A DNA stretch of 53,394 nt from Spirogloea muscicola (Eukaryota). The translations under genes were made by a program, and so were the position numbers. The stretch's first letter is position 1; every line of letters starts with the position of its first letter. The notes under the pieces were generated by a model that saw only the letters and a list, made by a program, of their open reading frames with translations, made no database searches and was not told where the DNA came from. Below are positions 45,930 through 53,394 of the stretch, in pieces. The stretch lies in contig WELB01000004.1 of assembly GCA_009602725.1 (NCBI GenBank), positions 1,159,457 to 1,212,850 on the forward strand, in the 5' to 3' direction.

Positions 45930-47441
45930 GTCGCGAACACCCTCTGTTACCCTCCCTTCCCTTCCCCTCCTTGGGAACACGCAGCTGGCGTTGGCCATCC
46001 TCACCCGCTGCATCGGCCAACGGGCTTGCTATCTGCAACGGACAGTCGCCCCATTGGGCATGGTGGCGGTGCTCTATAAGGAATATGATGACTCCCTTCA
46101 GCAGTTCCTGGCATCCCTACTACATTCTTCATCTTTCCCCTCAGCTTCAGCTTCCCTCCAGGCCTCCCTCCCTACTCGCATGGGCGGCCTTGGCTGCCGG
46201 TCGTTGGAGCAGACGGCGCAAGCAGCCTTCCTGGGCTGCTGGCACCAGATCGCCTCCCTGCTACCCATGCGCTTCCCTTGCCTCCACGACCCTGTACGCA
46301 ATGTGGAGGAAGGCTCCTTCCCCTTCCAAGCGGATCTGAGGAGCATCCGCGACTCAGCCATCAGCTCTTTCCCCTCTCTCCAACCCTACTCACGCCATTC
46401 TCCACCCTCGCCCAAGCTTCTGGTAGAGGGGCACAATCCAGACTGGTTACGGCAGTGGAAGACGAACGCCGCAGAAGGTTGAGGAGGCTGCCAGAGATTC
46501 AGAACAATCCGAGGAGCTTGGCAAGACTCACTTCTCTGGCCACACCTGGTGCCACTGACTGGATCACCTCTCCCCCCGTCGCCAACGCCTTCAGCATCAG
46601 CTCCGAGGCCTTTCGGACATCGCTTCAACTCTTCCTCGGCCTCCCACCTAATTGCCTGATTGGGGTGCGCCAGTGCGAGTGCGGCTTCCGTGCAGAGGGT
46701 GCTGTGCTCGCCACTCACATGCTGAGATGCCCCACTGGACCAGAAGTGGTGGGCATTCACAACCTCCTTCGCGATGCCCTGGCGGGCTTGATGCGCGACG
46801 CCGGCTACCGTGCGGTCGTGGAAGTCAACAATATCATGCCTATCACCACGGACGCCCAGGGACGTCATCATCGCCGCACACTTGACATTGTGGGCGTGCA
46901 ACCTGGTGGAGGACCACGGGCCCTGGTCGACGTTGTTGTTACGGAGGCATATAAAGGCCCAGCATCAACACACATTGCTGGGCACGCAGTGGGCGGAGCA
47001 GAGCAAAGAAAACTGCGGCATTACTCCGATTACCCCCAATGCGATCAACTCCTGCCAGCTGCAATCGACATCTTTGGCTGTCTGGGTCCTCGCTTCCACA
47101 CTCTGCTTCAAAACATTGCCAATCTAGGCTACACTCGACGCGCAGATGTGTTTCCGGCTGAGATGGGCTTGCCAGCTGCATATCTGTCGCTCTTGCGACG
47201 TCGAGTTTCGGCCTGTTTGCAGCGTGCTCAGGCTAGTGCCTTGCACCAGAAAGCTGGGCGAGCTCTAGTAGGTGGCAGAAGGGCTCCGTTCCTGGCATCT
47301 AGTATTCATGCATCGAGTAGTGACCTTTATGTGTTGACCCGTGGTTATTGAGCGGGTCAATCTGCTGTAGGATATGTAGATTTTTAGATGTGCTTGCCTT
47401 TGTACCTGGCCATTTGGCCTACATTTCTTTCTAATACACGG
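45930..47441 (+). mobile_element. 5'-truncated CRE-like non-LTR retrotransposon (post-RT region, zinc knuckle, RLE endonuclease, 3' UTR), one frameshift near 46390
   Basis: LGNTQLALAILTRC..YLQRT..QASLPTRMGGLGCRS..AAFL, then after the shift ARLTSLATPGATDW..FRTSLQLFLGL, CECG..HMLRC (CCHC-type), HNLLRD, E, LDIV..LVDVVV, EQRKLRHY, LLPAAIDIFGCLG and RVSACLQRAQA. This is the characteristic C-terminal half of CRE-clade RLE elements. The RT core is absent. Confidence 0.88.
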
Positions 47442-47885
47442 TGCCTTCCTTCTTTTTGCACCTGGCTGGCCTTTATAGCCGCCCTCATCAACGCCAGCAG
47501 CCGCCATTTTTCCCCCGCTTTTCCTCGAAGAGATGGCGAACCGTCGCTACCGAGAGACCCGAGAGATGAGCCGTTTGTCAGCGGCGGCGGCGACAGGGGC
47601 GGCCACCACGGCGGCAACCGTTGTGCTCGAAAGCCACCTTGCTTCCGCAGACAGCGCCATCGCTGGGGCAGGCTGTGCCTCTGGAGCAGCGAGGCAGCGC
47701 GCGAGGTAGAGGAGGCGACGGGGATCCGGCGGGAGCCAGGGGTCTCCGCCGCAAGCGACATTAGTGAAAGGGGCCGCAGTGCCCATTCGTGGAGCAGCCG
47801 ACGACGATTCTCGAGCGGGGACTGCGACGTGCGCTGCCTGTGCGACTTTCTCTGTGGCGGCGGCAGCGGCAACGGCGGCGGGAGG

Positions 47886-50650
47886 ATGATGGGCGGCCGC
47901 GGCGACGGCGGCGGTGGCGACGACCTCGTGATGACGGCGGAGCTCCGCCTGCAGGAGCTCCTGGCGCGGCAGCTCGACACCAGCCTGCTCAGGTCCTCAG
48001 TCCGCCATGGCCGCTTAAGGCGTCCTAGGAGCGGCTCTTGGCAGAGGCTGCCGCGTAAGCCCAGGCTGCAGCTCTGCAGACGACGCCTGTACAGACGGCA
48101 CTGCCGCATGACAGCCCTCTGGTGATGGCGCCAGGGCCGAGAAGGTGGAGTTCTTGGCGAGCGGCGAGAGCGTGCGCGCTGCGGGGGGCAGCGCCGCCGG
48201 CGTGCAGTCGCTCGAGAGCTTCCGCCAGGAGGGGGCCATGCAGACGCAGGTAATTTGCGGCAGTTCGTTTGCCCACGCTCAACTCCCAAGAGCTCTACTT
48301 CTCCATCTTGAACCTTAGGACTGAACACCGCATGCGCAGGCTGCGCAAAGTTGACCAAGCAAATTGTATGGTAGCTGCTGAGAAAGCCCTGGGAGCTGCA
48401 TGAGCAGGGCTTGGGGCAGACCTCTTTGCTCTTTGCTCTTGCACTTGGCAGTGCGGCACTTAGAGATGACTCTGGGCTGCAGGCTGTGAGAGCAGAGCAC
48501 GACTTGCGTGACCGGCTGCGGCGGAAGGGTCTCTCTGAGGAGGACATCGAGTAAGCACTAAATCCTCTTCTTGCCGTTTGTGTAACCGGTTGGTTGTCAA
48601 GAAATGGAATAACAGATTGTGTCTGGTATCTCTGCAGAATTTGGCACCAGCACTTCGGCACAGGTTGAGATTGTCCTGATGCAGTTTTAAATGCACACGG
48701 CTGCAGGGTGCACATCAAGCGACGAAGCATGTTGCTGGTGGCAGCTGCAAGCGAAGGCAATGCAGGGGAAGGGTACGTCAAAGCACGAGTGAGCTGCCAA
48801 GGCCTGTTGCCATTCTCAGAGCCAAATCATAGCTGCTGCAACATTCCGAAATTTAATTAGCAATGACTATGCTTGGCAGAAAGATTTCAAGGCTGGAACA
48901 CGGCACAACTTTGATGAAGTACTGTCTGGAAGTTCCACGGCAACCTGCAACTGAATTGGGGCCAAGCTAGTTGGTGTGTGCAGGTGGAGAGAAAGCGCAG
49001 AGCGCACCCCCAGTTCCTGGCCATGGCTCGGTCCGAGCAGAATGCGGAGCTCGCAGCCCTGACTGCGGCCGAGGCCGAGCCTCCACAGGGAGCAGTTGGC
49101 ATATCCATTGCAGCAAGCGGCAGCATAGGGAGGCACGCCGCCGAGGTGGAGGCGTCATTGCTGGCCGGAGCGAGCGACCTGCAGGGCATCAGCCACCTTG
49201 GTCTGTCGGCTGCAGGTTTGGCGACTTCCTCCCACGCATATCCCATATTTGCATGATGCTGCTTCTCATGGGGCTTGGAAGCTGTTTGACAATGTGCACT
49301 TTTATAATGTTGTAAGCCATTCCCAAGTCTGCAGAGGATGCCAAGCAAAGCTTTATATTTCTAACAAGCTTTGAAGCTCAGCGCACCAGTTGTTGGTACT
49401 GATGGCCGCTTGCAGCACTGAGGGCACGGAGACCGCTCTTTGATGACATCTCGAAGGGCAGCACATCAGCAGCATTGCCCATGGTGTGTCTGCACTGGTG
49501 CAACATGCTGCTGTAGCAAGAGCAGATGTACTGGTGCTTATTGAGGTCTTCCTGGCTGGACCTGTCGAGACAGCGGGGTCGAAGCAGTGGTGGCTACACG
49601 TGGCTTGCGAGTGCAGGATCGAGCTCGAGAGTCGGCTTCCGATGCCAGACCGAGGTTGGCTTCTGAGGTCTTTGCCGTCACACCACCGGAGGTGCTGGAC
49701 CTTGCAACGTTCATACAAGGCAGGAAGGCTGATGAAGAGGGCAAGACATCGTCCGCCGAGCGGCCACTGAGAGAAAACAGGTGGTATCAAGTACTTACAT
49801 CTGGCAGTTGTGACACCAGGCAGACTAGGCCGCGCCAGGCGCAGGCGTTGGATGCAAGCGCCATGCCTCCACATGACACCCACGAGGACCCTCTCGTGGA
49901 GTCAGTGTCCGGCACTGGCAGCCCAACAAGGGTTGCTGTTGCCGGCAGCAGTCTGCCCTGCATCTCCAATGCGGAGCTTGCCCAGGGGCGGATGCCGACA
50001 GAGGCCATACGTGCCCTGCAGGGTGGCCGTTTTGCCACTTACGACCCTGGAAGCCCAAGTGATGTTCGTCCGCGGCCTTCCTATCTTCCTTCCTGTCTGC
50101 TGCTGATGAGTGCTTATGAGCTAAGAGCTACAAGCAAGTGACGAGCATTGCCCCGCCTTTTTTTATAGCAGCGTGCTCTTACCATGCTCTGCGGCTGCTC
50201 TTTGAACCTGGCGTTGACTTATGCAGGTCCTGTACATCAAGAATCTGACCAAGGCCGCCACCGAGGCCGACCTTGTGGCGCTGTTTCTCCGCTTCCAGCA
50301 GCCGGGCTTGCCCCGGCTGGTTTTCCGGCTGATGCAGCGGGGCCGCATGAAGGGCCAGGCATTCGTCACATTCCCAGGTAAACCTACTGTGGCGGCCCTA
50401 CTGAAATGCTGCTTTTGCTCTTACTCTGCTAGACCTGACTTTTCCGAGCCATGATTGTTAGTCACTTCACACCTGCATTGCAGTGCAGCCCAGCACTTGA
50501 GTCCGTAAGCAGCCGAATGTACGGGCCTGAAACTTGGGCAGTCGTTTTGGTGCAGATATTAACACTGCGGCCCATGCCCTTATGCAAGTCCATGGCTACA
50601 TGTTGCGAGGCCAGCCACTTGTTATCAGCTTTGGGCGCAGCAGCTCCTGA
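47886..50650 (+). CDS. RBM41: RBM41-like RNA-binding protein (paralogue of U11/U12-65K/RNPC3)
   Basis: N-terminal TAELRLQELLARQLDTS, AAGVQSLESF..LRRKGLSEEDI and GRHAAEVEASL match my recollection of RBM41-specific blocks. Single C-terminal RRM: RFATYDPGSPSD/VLYIKNL..DLVALFLRFQ..GRMKGQAFVTFP/D..AL..VHGYMLRGQPLVISFGR*. Confidence 0.8.
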
Positions 50651-51343
50651 GCACCTGAGCAACTATCACAAGCCTACAATTTCAAACTTCACACTCTGAA
50701 GCCACAATATAAACAGCAACGGCGTGTTGTGCTCCTGCCTCGTGTTACGAGAGGCTAAATCTTCAAATAGATATACAGATAAGCATAAAAGGCTTTCATG
50801 ACGCAGCATTTTTGGCTGCACTACAGGTCAAGGCAGGTGGGCTAGGTGGTAATAAAGGGCCACCACATGCAGAGCTGAGCTAGCTCCACAGCGGAGGTCG
50901 CAGCAATCCACATGAAAGCAAAGGCGAGCTGAGCCACCAACTTTTGCCGTGGCAATGAGCACGGATGTGAGGGCAATAAAATAGCTACCGAAATAGTACA
51001 ATAAACAGGTGGAGGACTGGCAGAGCACTTTCTGCACCGTCACCACGTCAGGAAGTTCAGGGGCTGGCAAGTCAATCCGTGCGGTCGCCAGCCGGTGAGC
51101 AGCACTTCATATAGAGCTGCTGAAGCCTTATCAGCCAACTGGCGCAGCCGTTGATGGCAGCACCCGGCGGCCCAGCACTGTCCTTAAGCTGGTCAGGGCA
51201 AGCTGCTCTTTAGGGTATCTTCAGGCGCACCATGGCAAGACACACCTGCATGTTGCACTGCACAAGCATTGCACCGTAGGGGCAGCCATGGTGGTGGGGT
51301 GCGCTACGGCAGTGGCCCGTCTTGCCTAAGCCCATTGAGTCCG

Positions 51344-52012
51344 TCATGCAGTGGGCGCCGGTGGTGCAGCCTTCGCGGTCTTCTTGGCGGGCTTCGCCTT
51401 CTTCACAGCTGGCGCCTTCCGCTTCTTGGGCACCGTCGCCGCCTTCTTTGTCTTGGCAGGTCCAGCAGGGGACACGCCCTCTTTACCAGGCTCTGCCGAC
51501 GGCAAGGACGGCGGGGCCACCTTCCGCGGGCGGCCTACCGGTCGCTTGGCCGCCGGCGCAGCAGCCGCCGCAGTCTTGGCGGGGGCCGGAGGCGTAGATG
51601 CTTCGGCAGTGGTGGGGGCAGCGACGGTGGCTCGCGTCGTCTTGGTCGCCACAGCGGCCCTCGTCTTCTTGGGCTTAGGCGTGCCAGCCTTCTGGACTCT
51701 CACAGCGGCGGCGGCCTTCTTGGCCGGCTTGGCCGCCGCCGCCGCCAGCGCGGGCTTGCCGGCGGCGGAGAGCTTGTAAGACGCCTTGACCTTGACGAGC
51801 TTGCCTGCGGCGGCCAGGTGCTTGAGCTGGGTGCCCAGGACGCGCCGGAAGGCGGCCGGCAGGCGGCCGGCGTACGCGGCGCCCAGGTACTTGGCGATCG
51901 CCGCCGGGCTGGAGCCCCCGCGCTCCCGCAGCGCCGCCAGCGCCTCCGCCACCATCGCCGCGTACGGCGGGTGCGCCGCCGCCGCCGCCGCCGCGGGCTT
52001 GGCCGGCGCCAT
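51344..52012 (-). CDS. H1: Linker histone H1 (intronless) with one AT-hook
   Basis: Globular domain HPPYAAMVAEALAALRERGGSSPAAIAKYL...GKLVKVKASYKL, K/A/P-rich tail containing KRPVGRPRK, and a CCAAT box on the coding strand at about 52125-52129. Confidence 0.93.
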   Translation of the reverse strand: MAPAKPAAAAAAAHPPYAAMVAEALAALRERGGSSPAAIAKYLGAAYAGRLPAAFRRVLGTQLKHLAAAGKLVKVKASYKLSAAGKPALAAAAAKPAKKAAAAVRVQKAGTPKPKKTRAAVATKTTRATVAAPTTAEASTPPAPAKTAAAAAPAAKRPVGRPRKVAPPSLPSAEPGKEGVSPAGPAKTKKAATVPKKRKAPAVKKAKPAKKTAKAAPPAPTA

Positions 52013-52506
52013 GGCGGCGGGGGCGGACTGCAGGCTGAGGGGCGGCGGACAGTTTCAAACGGCGGGAGCTCGTGAACGGCCCTGCCGTCTGGGCCGCGCC
52101 AGGTCCCTCCGCACGGCCCTCTCATTGGTCGCACGGGTGCGTGCCCGGATCGCCGCGACTGGGTGCCATCGGATATTCGCACATCGCACGGCGAGCACGC
52201 CCCCCTCCGGCAACCCACGTGGGCCCCTCCTTCCGCTGCCGCCGCCGCCGCCGTTTAGCGACGTGCCGCCGTCAGTCCCCGTTTGGCGCCGTTAGCGCCG
52301 GTGCAGGCCTGTTGAGGGCCTGTTTACACTTGGTCAGGTGGTCACGGTCTTCTTGACCACCCCGTCAGAGGGGTCGTCGCGGCCACGGAGGCCGATGCCG
52401 CCTGCTGGTGCGGACGTGTATTTGAAATCCACGATATTTTTTTGAATCTGGGAGGGGGCGGTGCCAGCTGTTTCTTTCCTGGCGGGTCCGCAGGGGGAGG
52501 GGGGGT

Positions 52507-52550
52507 GGTCAAAATCGCGCCCTCCACGGGAGGAGGGCCCGATTTTGACC
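52507..52550. repeat. Near-perfect 19-bp inverted repeat (hairpin)
   Basis: GGTCAAAATCGCGCCCTCC-acggga-GGAGGGCCCGATTTTGACC, with one mismatch. Confidence 0.85.
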
Positions 52551-52736
52551 GCCCTCGTGGCACACGGCGCCGTTCCCTCCTTAACGGTAGATATATCGTC
52601 CTGGTCAGCGTCCGATGTGGCGCCGTCGTGGCGGGTTACCGCGACCGGGCGCGCGAGGTTGTAAAAGCCGTGCGTTCCACACAGCGCGACACACGTACCC
52701 CCCGACACGGCCACCCGACCAAGTCTAAGAAGGCTC

Positions 52737-52788
52737 TTAGAGGCGTTTCACGAGATATCCCGTTAGAGGCATTTCACGAGATATTCCG
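52737..52788. repeat. 26-bp tandem direct repeat
   Basis: ttagaggcgtttcacgagatatcccg / ttagaggcatttcacgagatattccg. Confidence 0.9.
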
Positions 52789-53174
52789 TCGATGACTCAT
52801 TGATGTCGATCTGACAAGGCATGTGAGGTGGCTGTACACGTATGACATCTGCGGCACGTCACCTGTCTATATAACGTGAAATAGAATTCGTTACAGTACC
52901 CCAGCTTAGCTCCGATCGAGTAAGTGTAGATTTGCCTTTGGAACCGTCGATTTCGTATCATCGGGCCAACCCCATCCTACCATCCCAACCACTCGGACAT
53001 GCGTATCATCTGCCGCTGGGCCGTGGATTGGGCATCCGAGGGGCAGCCCCATCCTACCGCCCGAAACCGCTCCAAAAAGCCCGAAGAGAAGCCGAAAAGC
53101 CCTTGAAGCCCGCTCCGACAGGGATTACCCGCTAGCCTGACTGGTACCCGCCTTCGCTCGTCAAGGTGGGTCAA

Positions 53175-53394
53175 GAGAGAAGGCGCGCGGGGCGCATGAA
53201 TTGAAAGGGAGGCCAATTCAAGCCAATACATTGTTCAGGCAGAGTCGAGTGCAGACTAAACAATGCTACATAACACGGAGACCTAATCTAAGGTACCTAA
53301 GATGACATTAGTACCCACGGGTGAGCACAAACAAATCTGACAAGCTAACTTGGGGAGCTGGAGCGCCGCCACGAAAGCCGGAGGCCTGACTTAG
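53175..53394 (-). mobile_element. D-type retrotransposon 3' end (runs off the window end)
   Basis: Reverse complement reads LSQASGFRGGAPAPQVSLSDLFVLTRGY*, then a tail ending ttggcctccctttcaattcatgcgccccgcgcgccttctctc. Confidence 0.85.

Noticed and set aside
45950..47450. TSD for the long retroelement copy (CCTTCC at about 45955 and 47444)
   Set aside because: Low-complexity pyrimidine sequence and an uncertain 5' boundary make the match uninformative.
51250..51343. Replication-dependent histone 3' stem-loop after H1
   Set aside because: No canonical 6-bp stem/4-nt loop element was seen downstream of the stop.

Overview
A GC-rich, intron-rich eukaryotic nuclear scaffold from the green lineage. 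The gene set (ClpF, GIF, PAT11-type DHHC, CCX, nuclear SufB, DAD1-like lipase) suggests a streptophyte alga; this is an inference. Ten protein genes can be read, nine spliced through GT-AG introns and one intronless: a plastid-type lipoxygenase (runs off the window start), a class-3/DAD1-like lipase with large hydrophobic insertions, a cation/Ca2+ exchanger, ClpF, a DHHC S-acyltransferase, a long RE-/GP-rich protein (possibly HIZ2/ZC3H13-like), SufB, a GRF-interacting factor, an RBM41-like minor-spliceosome RRM protein and histone H1. The most striking hidden structure is intergenic. Roughly 25-30 fragments of at least four related subfamilies of a CRE-like non-LTR retrotransposon with a restriction-like endonuclease (RLE) are present. 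Their ORFs end in the shared motif 'RAGRAL...SDLxxL(T/S)RGY*', with a covarying RNA hairpin over the stop codon and subfamily-specific structured 3' UTRs. They insert into one another with visible target-site duplications and are seen only in intervals 5' of genes. Several N gaps with flanking poly-A/(CT)n tracts hide or damage the 5' ends of some genes. All family assignments come from recalled motifs, not from database searches.
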